The notes below the pieces were generated by a model. That model searched no databases. It was not told the DNA's origin and worked only from the letters and a program-made list of their open reading frames with translations. From Mustelus asterias (lineage: Eukaryota), in contig NW_027590138.1 of NCBI RefSeq assembly GCF_964213995.1, forward strand, positions 930,001 through 994,000: a DNA stretch of 64,000 bases, read 5' to 3'. The position numbers and the translations under genes were made by a program. Position 1 is the first letter of the stretch. The number at the start of each line of letters is the position of its first letter. Below are positions 38,129-48,963 of this stretch, in pieces.

Positions 38129-39011
38129 GTTTTGAGAAGGAGAAGATTTGCAGACAGAAATCTCAAAACCAAACGTCACGTCAAGACCTGACACATTCAC
38201 TCAATTCAAAGGGACCTGAATATCATTGGTCTTTCAGTCTAGAATTGAATTGAAGTATGTACAGATGGAGGGCATTGATTGGATCATTATATGAGTGTGT
38301 ATGAAGAAAGCGTGTATAAAGAAATGGTGTTCTGTCTGCTTCAGAAGGTTCTAATGATGTGGAGATGCCGGCGTTGGACTGGGGTAAACACAGTAAGAAG
38401 TTTAACAACACCAGGTTAAAGTCCAACAGGTTTATTGGGTAGCAAAAGCCACACAAGCTTTCGGAGCTCCAAGCCCCTTCTTCAGGTGAGTCACCGCAGT
38501 CACACCAGGAAGAGGCTGTTCACCTGCGCTGAGTGTGGGGAGGGATTCACACGGTCATCTCATTTGCTGACACACCAGCAAGTTCACACTGGGGATGGGC
38601 CATTCACCTGATCCGTGTGTGGGAAGGGATTCACTCAGTCATCCAACCTGCTGACACACCAGTGAATTCACAACAGGGAGATGCCATTCACCTGCTCCTT
38701 GGGAAAGATTCACTGAGTCATCCAGTCAGCTGAAATACCAATGTGGTCACACTGGTGAGAGGCCACTGACCTGCTCTGAGTGTGGGAAGGAATCCGCTCA
38801 GTTATCCAACTTGCTGATGCACCAATGTATTCATACTGGAGAGAGACCATTAATGTGTTGTGTGTGTGAGAAGAGATTCATTGATTCATCCAATCTGCTG
38901 TGACACCAGCAAGTCCACATTGAGGAGAGGCCATTCCCCTGCTTTGAGTTCAGGGAAAGTTTAAATCAGTCATCCAACTTGCTGACACACCAGCAGGTTC
39001 ACACCGATTAG
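38129..39011 (+). pseudogene. C2H2 ZNF pseudogene P1
   Basis: Acceptor ttttacAG at 38127-38128; finger units with several stops and deletions; Penelope insertion at 38354-38490. Confidence 0.8.
38354..38490 (-). mobile_element. Penelope family A pLTR with intact hammerhead motif (38452-38488)
   Basis: Minus strand CAC-CTGAAGA-A-GGGGC-ttgga-GCTCC-GAAA-gc-TT-GTG. Confidence 0.8.
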
Positions 39012-39237
39012 AGACCTTTTCTTTTTAATCATAGAATCCCTACATTGCAGAAGGAGGTCACTTGGCCCATCGAGTCTGCACCGACCACAATGCCACCCAG
39101 GCTCCACTCCCATAACCCTACATATTTACCCTGCTAATCTCCTGACACAAAGGGGCAATTTAGCATGGCCAATCAACCTAACCCGCACATCTTTGGAATG
39201 TGGGAGGAAACCAGAGCACCCAGAATAAACCCACGCA

Positions 39238-40513
39238 AACAAAGAACAGTACAGCACAGGAAACAGGCCCTTCGGCCCTCCAAGCCTGTGCCGCTCCTTG
39301 GTCCAACTAGACCAATCGTTTGTATCCCTCCATTCCCAGGCTGCTCATGTGACTATCCAGGTAAGTCTTAAACGATGTCAGCGTGCCTGCCTCCACCACC
39401 CTACTTGGCAGCGCATTCCAGGCCCCCACCACCCTCTGTGTAAAAAACGTCCCTCTGATGTCTGAGTTATACTTCGCCCCTCTCAGCTTGAGCCCGTGAC
39501 CCCTCGTGATCGTCACCTCCGACCTGGGAAAAAGCTTCCCACTGTTCACCCTATCTATACCCTTCATAATCTTGTATACCTCTATTAGATCTCCCCTCAT
39601 TCCCCGTCTTTCCAAGGAGAACAACCCCAGTCTACCCAATCTCTCCTCATAGCTAAGACCCTCCATACCAGGCAACATCCTGGTAAACCTTCTCTGCACT
39701 CTCTCCAATGCCTCCACGTCCTTCTGGTAGTGCGGCGACCAGAACTGGACGCAGTACTACAAATGTGGCCTAACCAGCGTTCTATACAGCTGCATCATCA
39801 GACTCCAGCTTTTATACTCTATACCCCGTCCTATAAAGGCAAGCATACCATATGCCTTCTTCACCACCTTCTCCACCTGTGTTGCCACCTTCAAGGATTT
39901 GTGGACTTGCACACCTAGGTCCCTCTGTGTTTCTATACTCCTGATGACTCTGCCATTTATTGTATAACTCCTCCCTACATTATTTCTTCCAAAATGCATC
40001 ACTTTGCATTTATCCGGATTAAACTCCATCTGCCACCTCTCCGCCCAATTTTCCAGCCTATCTATATCCTGCTGTATTGCCCGACAATGCTCTTCGCTAT
40101 CCGCAATTCCAGCCATCTTCGTGTCATCCGCAAACTTGCTGATTACACCAGTTACACCTTCTTCCAAATCATTTATATATATCACAAATAGCAGAGGTCC
40201 CAGTACAGAGCCCTGCGGAACACCACTGGTCACAGACCTCCAGCCGGAAAAAGACCCTTCGACCACTACCCTCTGTCTCCTATGGCCAAGCCAGTTCTCC
40301 ACCCATCTAGCCACTTCTCCTTGTATCCCATGAGCCTTAACCTTCTTAACCAACCTGCCATGTGGGACTTTGTCAAATGCCTTACTGAAATCCATATAGA
40401 CGACATCCACAGCCCTTCCTTCATCAACCGTTTTTGTCACTTCCTCAAAAAACTCCACCAAATTTGTAAGGCACGACCTCCCTCTTACAAAACCATGCTG
40501 TCTGTCACTAATG
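39238..40513 (-). mobile_element. CR1 LINE (RT region) inserted in an HE1-like SINE (39029-39237 plus 40514-40585)
   Basis: QHGF...DFSKAFD...GVPQGSVLGP...FADD; SINE halves are contiguous across it. Confidence 0.9.
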
Positions 40514-40599
40514 AAACATGGGGACAATGTGCAAACTCCACACAGACAGTGACCCGAGGCCAGAATTGAACCCGGGTCCCTGCCCTGACTATGGGCGTT

Positions 40600-41167
40600 A
40601 ATTGTATCAAATCTGTTTAAATATGTAGATAGAGGGCATTGATTGGATAATTATAGGAGTGTGTATGAAGAAAGTATGTATAAAGAGTTAGGAGTTAATT
40701 ATATTCCAAGTAAAGATTAGCTCCAATTTCTTCCTTCACTATAAGACTGTCGGGATTATAACATGGTAACAGGGAATGTTTGTCTAATGGTGAAGTTTGG
40801 AAAATAAAGGAAAGTATATTTCAGACAGAAGCTTCCAATCCCAGCAGCTTTTGTGAGAAATGAGTGAAAGGCAGTGGGAATTGTCAGGGTCTGATTACCT
40901 GCTGATGCTCTCGGAGTCTGAACCATACAACCAGTGGAAGAATGAAGTGGCGATGTGGACACGGGTTACATCCCGATCAAGGAGGAAACAAGATCTGGCC
41001 TTGGCATTGTCACTTCCTAACACAAGGAAAATCAGCAACAAAGTATTTTTTGAGCTGGATGTCCTTCAGTGGGCTACTGATCAAGGTTTGGATCTTTTAT
41101 TAGGTTTCATTGATGTGATTTACAAGAAAGATGATCCGATGGGTGCCTATGAAACATGGTCAGACTT
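40600..41167 (+). mobile_element. LTR retrotransposon 5' remnant (LTR end, PBS, gag start), Copia/GalEa-like
   Basis: ...TATAACA then TGGTAACAGGGAAT (11/14 match to the tRNA-iMet complement), then PYNQWKNEVAMWTRVT...LALALSLP gag-like peptide. Confidence 0.5.
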
Positions 41168-42704
41168 TGTGGCACCAGCTCCGTTTCTGAATGATGAGTT
41201 TTGAGACGTGTGTGAACACATGAACATTCTGGTCAGGAACACAGCAGCTGAAAGATGGACTCTGTGAAAGGAATCACACGGTGATCGATGAAATGCTGCA
41301 GAAAATCTGAGCTGATCAGCCAAACTGCAAGTTGGTAACTGCACCGGCCTGGACGGTTCATGTAAAGAATTCACTTCAGGTGGTTGGAGAGTATAATCCC
41401 TGTTAATTGGTCTGCAGGAAAAATTCCAAATGACCCTCTGTGCTGGGGATAACCCTCCTGATTTAGAAGGGATGACAATTAGTACAATTTTTATTCATTT
41501 ATTGTCTGATTGACTGTTTCACTGGTGCTCGAGCTAAGAAATTACTGTAGATCCTAGAAGAGGAGTGTCTTATAATGTAATACTTTGTACAAAATAAAGA
41601 CCATATTTTTCAAATAGTTTTGAAATATTGTGTGTGTTGTTATAATTCGGGTCGAGAACATTAACGTTCAATGAGAAATCCAAACACCCATCACAAGATT
41701 CCAGGTTTTTAAACAAAATCAAACTTTCCATATTCCAGCTATTCTCCAGACTCCAAGATTTCATGAGGATCCTTCGATTAGCTTTCGGCTAAACACCTCT
41801 CCAACTTTCCTTTGAGATTTCAGAATTGACTCAAAACATGGACTCCTCAATCCAAGCATGGACTTCACTGCCTTCTTGCTGAGGGCTTTAAACATTGAGA
41901 ACATCCCTGGTTCCTAATGACCTTCTCGGCTCCGGCTCCCACAGCTGGTTCACAGCTCCCACTCCCACAGCTGGTTCGCAGCTCCCACTCCCACAGCTGG
42001 TTCACAGCTCCCACTCCCACAGCTGGTTCACAGCTCCCACTCCCACAGCTGGTTCACAGCTCGCGCTCCCACAGCTGGTTCACAGCTCCCGCTCCCACAG
42101 CTGGTTCACAGCTCCCGCTCCCACAGCTGGTTCACAGCTCCCGCTCCCACAACTGGTTCACAGCTCCCGCTCCCACAGCTGATTCACAGCTCCCGCTCCG
42201 ACAGCTGGTTCACAGCTCCTGCTCCCACAGCTGGTTCACAGCTCCTGCTCCCACAGCTGGTTCACAGCTCCTGCTCCCACAGCTGGTTCACAGCTCCTGC
42301 TCCCACAGCTCCTGCTCCCACAGCTGGTTCACAGCTCCCGCTCCCACAGCTGGCTCGTGGCTCACAGCTCCCGCTCCCACAGCTAGTTCACAGCTTCTGG
42401 TCCCACAGCTGACGGTTTGCAAGCTCACTGCAGACTGCCTGGTTTCTGTGAGAACTACCCAGAATTCCAACCAAGGTTCCACTCTGAATCACTTATCTCC
42501 ATGGTAACGGAGACCAGTTAGCATATCCAATAGATGTTTAAATTAATTAACTTGTAGTTTCAAAACCAAACATGTAACCCTGAGTCTGCTAGAAGAAGTC
42601 ACCTCACTAATAAAGACAGGACATTAAATGTCAGATCCAATGTCTCCAGATCTCCAGCTGAAGAGGCTGAGCCCAGCCCCCTTTTTACAGTATTAGTTGC
42701 TACA
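41168..42704. mobile_element. Possible solo LTR
   Basis: Termini TGTGGCA...TGCTACA (imperfect inverted repeat); starts exactly where the gag-like similarity ends. Confidence 0.4.
41935..42410. repeat. 26-bp minisatellite, ~18 copies
   Basis: Unit acagctggttcacagctccc(a/g)ctccc, each with E-box CAGCTG. Confidence 0.95.
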
Positions 42705-42706
42705 TT

Positions 42707-43050
42707 CATAGAATCATCATAGAAACCCTACAGTGCAGAAGGAGGCCATTCGGCCCATCGAGTCTGCACCGACCACAATCCCACCCAGGCCCTACCCCCA
42801 CATATTTTACCCGCTAATCCCTCTAACCTACACATCCCAGGACTCTAAAGGGCAATTTTTTAACCTGGCCAATCAACCTAACCTGCACATCTTTGGACTG
42901 TGGGAGGAAACCGGAGCACCCGGAGGAAACCCACGCAGACACGAGGAGAATGTGCAAACTCCACACAGACAGTGACCCGAGCCGGGAATCGAACCCGGGA
43001 CCCTGGAGCTGTGAAGCAGCAGTGCTAACCACTGTGCTACCGTGCCGCCC
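42707..43050 (-). mobile_element. HE1-like V-SINE, young and full length
   Basis: CpG-rich head ggggcggcacggtagcacagtgg and B-box gggttcgattccc on the minus strand. Confidence 0.9.
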
Positions 43051-43678
43051 CGATCTGGTCAGTAAAGATCTAAATGTCCCAAATCTTGCATTAATTGTGC
43101 TACTTCCAGCTGCTTTTCACAATCCAGAAATGTGATTTTCAGTATCCACAATAATCAAATAACCCATGGTTGTTTTTTCTGAATCAAATTATTTGCAATC
43201 TTTTTGAATGAACATGTCAAAACTTAGGGAATTCCCTCTGTGTATTTAATTAGAAATGTCTCACTGTGACTCAGAGAGGAACAGTCCAGCTGCCCTTTTA
43301 CAGTTCTTACCCTTCCAGTTTTGACTTTTTAAGCAAACATGGGCCACGCCTTGAGACTGCGAGTTCCCTCAGGTGTTTTTGTCAGATTCTCAACCCAGGT
43401 TTTTCATTTATCTTTCGTTAAAAAATACTAATTCTCAAACTAAAAATTTATTTCTAAAACATGAATGATCAGATAGACACAAACCTCTTCCTCAGGAAGA
43501 AATGAAAATGTATCACCATCTGAATATCCTATTTAGAATATTACAATTTTCTGTACATATTAATAACAGCCATGATCATATTGAATGGCGGAGCAGCTCA
43601 AAGAGCATCAGCCCACTGGAAGCAAAGTCATGAGACCGGTCAGTCCAGCAGAAAGAAACCCTCCGATGGTCCCACTTT

Positions 43679-44040
43679 GGGGAGGCGATGGCCTAGTGGT
43701 ACTATCGCTAGACTAGTAATCCAGAAACGCAGCTAAAGTTCTGGGCACCCAGGTTCAAATCCCACCATGACAGATGGTGGAATTTGACTTCAATAAAAAA
43801 TATCTAGAATTAAGAATCTACTGATGACCATGAAACTATTGTTGATTGTCAGAAAAAAACCCATCTGGTTCACTAATGTCCTTTAGGGAAGGAAATCTGC
43901 CATCCTTACCTGGTCTGGCCGACGATGACTCCAGAGCCACAGCAATGTGACTGACACTCAACTGCCCTCTCAAGGGCAACGAGAGGTGGGCAATAAATGC
44001 TGACCAGCGACACCCATGTCCCACACTGAATAAAAATAAA
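43679..44040 (+). mobile_element. tRNA-derived SINE family B in the 3' region of P2
   Basis: Full head, core and aataaaaataaa tail; splits the ZNF 3' UTR motif. Confidence 0.8.
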
Positions 44041-44114
44041 ACTGTCAGAGTGAACATGGTTCAGTTCTGGATGTGAATAACAGCAGCAATAACAGCAGAA
44101 TCCAGTCCCTGTAA

Positions 44115-45119
44115 TCATTTGTGAACTCGCTGGTATCTGAACAGATTGGATAACTGAGTGAATGCCATCCTGCACAGACCCAGTGAATGGCCTCTCCCCA
44201 GCATGAAGACACGGGTGTGTCAGAAGGTTGGCTGAATCAATGAATGCTTTCTCATTCAGTTGAACAGCCTCTCCCATTTGTGAACTCGCTGGTGTGTCTG
44301 CAAGTGAGATAATCGATTAAATCTCATCTCACACTCTAGACAGCTGAATGGCCTCTCCCCTGTGTGAACTCGCTCGTGTCTCAGCAGGTCAGATGAAGTA
44401 GCGAATGCTTTCCCACTCAGAGCAGATGAACGGTCTCTCCCTAGTGTATCTGTAGGTTGTAAGAGAGAGAGAATCCCTTTCCACACTCAGAGCAGGTGAA
44501 TGGCCTCTCCCCAGTGTGAACTCGCTGGTGCGTCTGCAACTGAGTTAACCGACTGAAACTCATTTCACACTCAGAGCAGGTAAATGGCCTCTCCCCACTG
44601 TGAATTCGCTGGTGTATCCGGAGATTGGAGGACCAAGAGAACGCCCTACCACACTCTAAGCAGGTGAACGGCCTCTCCCCTGTGTGAACTCACTGGTGTG
44701 TCATTAAGTCGGATGAATTAGTAAATCCCTTTGCACACTTAGTGGAAGTGAACAGTCTCTCCCCAGTGTGAATTTCCAGCTCCGACGGGAATCTGAATCC
44801 CTTTCCACAGTCTCCACAGTTTTTCCATGGTGTGAGTGTCCTTGTGTCTCTCTAGGTTCCTGAGTTGTCCACACACAGACTTTGTGTACGGTCTCTCCTT
44901 TGTAAATGGTGATGTTCTTTCAGGCTGTATAATGTCTAGCTGCATGGGTCTCGTTGCTTTTCCAGTCACACCAATGTTCAAAATCTTATGAAGCAGATAG
45001 AAGAGAGAAACATTTCTCCTGGACTCAAATGCCGATGATATTCTGGTCCCAATAATCAAACAATTATTCTTGATATTTGCTTTGAGATTTCAATCTGTAA
45101 ATCCTCCTCCTCTGTTATT
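44115..45119 (-). pseudogene. C2H2 ZNF pseudogene P2
   Basis: HTMEKLW start region, then finger units with deletions, frameshifts and stops; acceptor at 45120-45121. Confidence 0.8.
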
Positions 45120-45514
45120 CTGAAAAGAGGTTTACAAAAATCATCACTGTCAGTACAGGATAGAAATTCAGGATGGACAAGTCTCATTTCTGTGGTCATA
45201 TAACTGGACTAAAAATGTGTGGTAGACAGTATAGCATTTCTTAATGAGACAGATGGTGGGAGGGGGATTTGAGAAACCTTTATTTAGACAGCAAGAGGTC
45301 GGTAAGGATGGTGGAAGTGAAGGCGAATGCGTTCAAAATAAGATCAAATGGACAATGAGGAAGTTAATATGCAGGGTTAAGGGGATAGAGAGGGTGAATG
45401 GGACTGAGTGAATTTCTCCAAAAAACAGTTGACATGGACTCAAGATTTCAAATTGATTCCTTCTGAACTGGAATGTCACTTTGACTGGAAATGTATAACA
45501 AAGCTACATATGCA

Positions 45515-45838
45515 GGGCAGCACGGTAGCACAGTGGTTAGCACTGTGGCCTCACAGCTCCAGGGACCCGGGTTTGATTCCTGGTTTGGGTCACTGTCTGT
45601 GCGGAGTCTGCACATTCTCCACGTGTCTGCGTGGGTTTCCTCCGTGTGCTCCGGTTTACCCCCACACTCCAAAGATGTACGGGTTGGGTTGATTGGCCAT
45701 GCTAAATTGACCCTAGTTTCAGGGGCATTTGCAGGGTAAATATTTGGGGTGACGGGGATAGGGCTTGGGTGGGATTGTTGTCAGTGCAGGCTCGATGGGC
45801 TGAATGGCATCCTTCTGTACTGTAGGGATTCTGTGATT
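45515..45838 (+). mobile_element. HE1-like V-SINE
   Basis: gggcagcacggtagcacagtgg head, V-core and CR1-type tail. Confidence 0.9.
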
Positions 45839-46264
45839 TTATATTATATAACAAGAATAAAACTAACAATACATGAATCTTATTACTGAAACAAAAATAT
45901 ACCGAGATGTACCTTCTATCAACAGAAGACATATATCTGTCGTTATTAACCTAAAAAGTAAACATATTTCCAGAAAAGTCCAATGGAATATTGAAGGACA
46001 CCGTTTCACATTTAAAAAACTTTTACTTTAGAAATTTATCTAAAATCAGCATCACTAAATCATGCAAAGAGAGAAACGGTATTTGAATCGACAAGATAAA
46101 TTACACTTTAAAAACTCAGACAATAAAAACAGGTTCCACAAAATCACAAACATTTCCCCCTCAGTATATTTGGCTCTAATATTTGGTTCCAGAGTATTTC
46201 TGTCTCTTTAATTCTCAGGGGCAGAAATAAAGTGTTTTCCTCACAGATGTTGTCCAGAGGAGGA

Positions 46265-47598
46265 GGTTTGAGTCTGTGTGTGAAGTTTGAGTCTGTGTGT
46301 GAAGTTTGAGTCTGTGGTGAAGTTTGAGTCTGTAGTGAAGTTTGAGTCTGTGGTGAAGTTTGAGTCTGTGGTGAAGTTTGAGTCTGTGGTGAAGTTTGAG
46401 TCTGTGTGTGAAGTTTGAGTCTGTGTGTGAAGTTTGAGTCTGTGGTGAAGTTTGAGTCTGTGTGTGAAGTTTGAGTCTGTGGTGAAGTTTGAGTCTGTGG
46501 TGAAGTTTGAGTCTGTGGTGAAGTTTGAGTCTGTGGTGAAGTTTGAGTCTGTGGTGAAGTTTGAGTCTGTGTGTGAAGTTTGAGTCTGTGTGTGAAGTTT
46601 GAGTCTGTGGTGAAGTTTGAGTCTGTGGTGAAGTTTGAGTCTGTGTGTGAAGTTTGAGTCTGTGTGTGAAGTTTGAGTCTGTGGTGAAGTTTGAGTCTGT
46701 GTGTGAAGTTTGAGTCTGTGGTGAAGTTTGAGTCTGTGTGTGAAGTTTGAGTCTGTGTGTGAAGTTTGAGTCTGTGTGTGAAGTTTGAGTCTGTGGTGAA
46801 GTTTGAGTCTGTGGTGAAGTTTGAGTCTGTGTGTGAAGTTTGAGTCTGTGGTGAAGTTTGAGTCTGTGTGTGAAGTTTGAGTCTGTGTGTGAAGTTTGAG
46901 TCTGTGTGTGAAGTTTGGGTCTGTGTGTGAAGTTTGAGTCTGTGTGTGAAGTTTGAGTCTGTGTGTGAAGTTTGAGTCTGTGGTGAAGTTTGAGTCTGTG
47001 GTGAAGTTTGAGTCTGTGTGTGAAGTTTGAGTCTGTGTGTGAAGTTTGAGTCTGTGGTGAAGTTTGAGTCTGTGGTGAAGTTTGAGTCTGTGTGTGAAGT
47101 TTGAGTCTGTGTGTGAAGTTTGAGTCTGTGGTGAAGTTTGAGTCTGTGTGTGAAGTTTGAGTCTGTGGTGAAGTTTGAGTCTGTGTGTGAAGTTTGAGTC
47201 TGTGTGTGAAGTTTGAGTCTGTGTGTGAAGTTTGAGTCTGTGTGTGAAGTTTGAGTCTGTGGTGAAGTTTGAGTCTGTGTGTGAAGTTTGAGTCTGTGGT
47301 GAAGTTTGAGTCTGTGTGTGAAGTTTGAGTCTGTGGTGAAGTTTGAGTCTGTGGTGAAGTTTGAGTCTGTGTGTGAAGTTTGAGTCTGTGTGTGAAGTTT
47401 GGGTCTGTGTGTGAAGTTTGAGTCTGTGGTGAAGTTGGAGTCTGTGGTGAAGTTTGAGTCTGTAGTGAAGTTTGAGTCTGTGGTGAAGTTTGAGTCTGTG
47501 TGTGAAGTTTGAGTCTGTGTGTGAAGTTTGAGTCTGTGTGTGAAGTTTGAGTCTGTGGTGAAGTTTGAGTCTGTGGTGAAGTTTGAGTCTGTGGTGAA
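46265..47598. repeat. 18/19-bp minisatellite, ~70 units
   Basis: gaagtttgagtctgtggt (18 bp) interspersed with gaagtttgagtctgtgtgt (19 bp). Confidence 0.98.
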
Positions 47599-47699
47599 GC
47601 TACAAACAGAAGCTGTTCTGTTTCAAATCAAACTGCGGGACTTGGAAGAAAATGATGGGAAGAGATTTTGCAAAGTCCCCTCCCCCACTCCCTCAGCTG

Positions 47700-48285
47700 G
47701 CAGCCCAGCACGCAGGCGCAGAGAGCGCTGCTGAGCCGAGCTGTCCGGAGCAGGCGCAGAGAGCGCTGCTGAGCCCAGCTGTCCGGAGCAGGCGCAGAGA
47801 GCGCTGCTGAGCCGAGCTGTCCGGAGCAGGCGCAGAGAGTGCTGCTGAGCCGAGCTGTCCGGAGCAGGCGCAGTGCGGCTGCCGCCAGCGGTCGCTCTCG
47901 ATCTCTTTTTGGAGCAGCCGCCGTAGAGAGAGGGGGGAGGGGGAGATCACCGAGCGGCTTCTCGCTCTGGCCGGAGCCGCCAGCCGGTTGCCTGGAAACC
48001 TTGGCTCGATGTGGTGCAGGGGGAGGGGAACAATGGGTGGGGGCGGGGCTCCCGGGTCCGCGCGCCCGGGCCTGCGCACTGGAACCCAGCGACGTCACCG
48101 CGGAGCAGAGTGATTCCTATTGGCTGATTCAGGCAGGGCTCTATTGTGATGTCACAATGCGGAAGTTGACCAATGAGCTTCAGAGTGAAACTTCCTCCTC
48201 TGTGTTCCCCCTTTCCATTTCTTTTCTCATTCTGGGGGAAATTGCTGACTTGCAGCAACTGAAGGGAAAGGAAGTGAATCCAGTC
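47700..48285. promoter_or_regulatory. Bidirectional CpG-island promoter (type III) for P2 and ZNF-F, with a 38-bp tandem repeat (47712-47875)
   Basis: GC box, GCCTGCGCA, GACGTCA, two CCAAT boxes, attgtgatgtcacaat; near-identical to 61640-62010. Confidence 0.75.
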
Positions 48286-48963
48286 TGTATATTCTATACA
48301 TTTTTAGTTCAGTCGTTTAGACATATATCTGTCTGGCAGCCTGCATGGAGATTTCCAGCTCTCTGTATTCAGGGCAGGAAGCCGTGAGCATGGATCTGTC
48401 AATCAGCCTCAATCAGCACCTTCAGGAGAATTGGGAGGGTGAATATTAGATACAGCAGAGTGAGAATGGAGGGAGAGTGTGTAGGATGGAGATTCACAGC
48501 TTTTGGGGAATATGCGAGGAAAGAATGCGTTATAGAAACTAAAATGATGTGTTCTGAATTTCTATCTTATACTAACTGTGATGTCTGTTGTAAATTTATA
48601 TTACAGGCTATCAGGAGGTGAGGATTTACAGTCAAAAATCTCAAGCCAAATGTCATGTCAAGAACTGACAAAGTCACTCAATTTGATAGAACCTGAATAT
48701 CATCTACCTTTGAATCCAGAAGAGAAATGTTTCTCTGTTCTGTCATCTTCAAAAGATTTTAAGCATGAGTGAGAGTGGAAAAGCACTGAAACATGCCCAC
48801 ACCCAAGTGAGCGCATTCCAGTGTAATGACTGTGGAAAGAGCTTTAACCAGTTACACAGCCTGAAAACACATCGCAGCATTCACAGCGGGAGAGACTGTA
48901 CCTGTGTTCTGTGTGAGATTTAACTGATTGTTTAACCTGGAGAGTTACAAGGACATCAGCACC

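Noticed and set aside
41895-42507. Repetitive ORFs (SHSWFTAPAPTAGSQL; also 14477-14846)
   Set aside because: Translations of minisatellites whose period is not a multiple of 3.
42985-43050. tRNA genes at SINE heads
   Set aside because: A/B boxes run directly into V-SINE core sequence; no complete cloverleaf or poly-T terminator.
46265-47598. CRISPR-like array
   Set aside because: No unique spacers, no cas genes and a vertebrate context. The same applies to the 26-, 28- and 46-bp arrays.
47628-48387. Ala/Pro/Gly-rich ORFs in CpG islands (also 6599-7153, 33886-34587, 61551-62155)
   Set aside because: Stop-poor GC-rich promoter DNA with no domain signature; frames are not preserved between paralogous cassettes.
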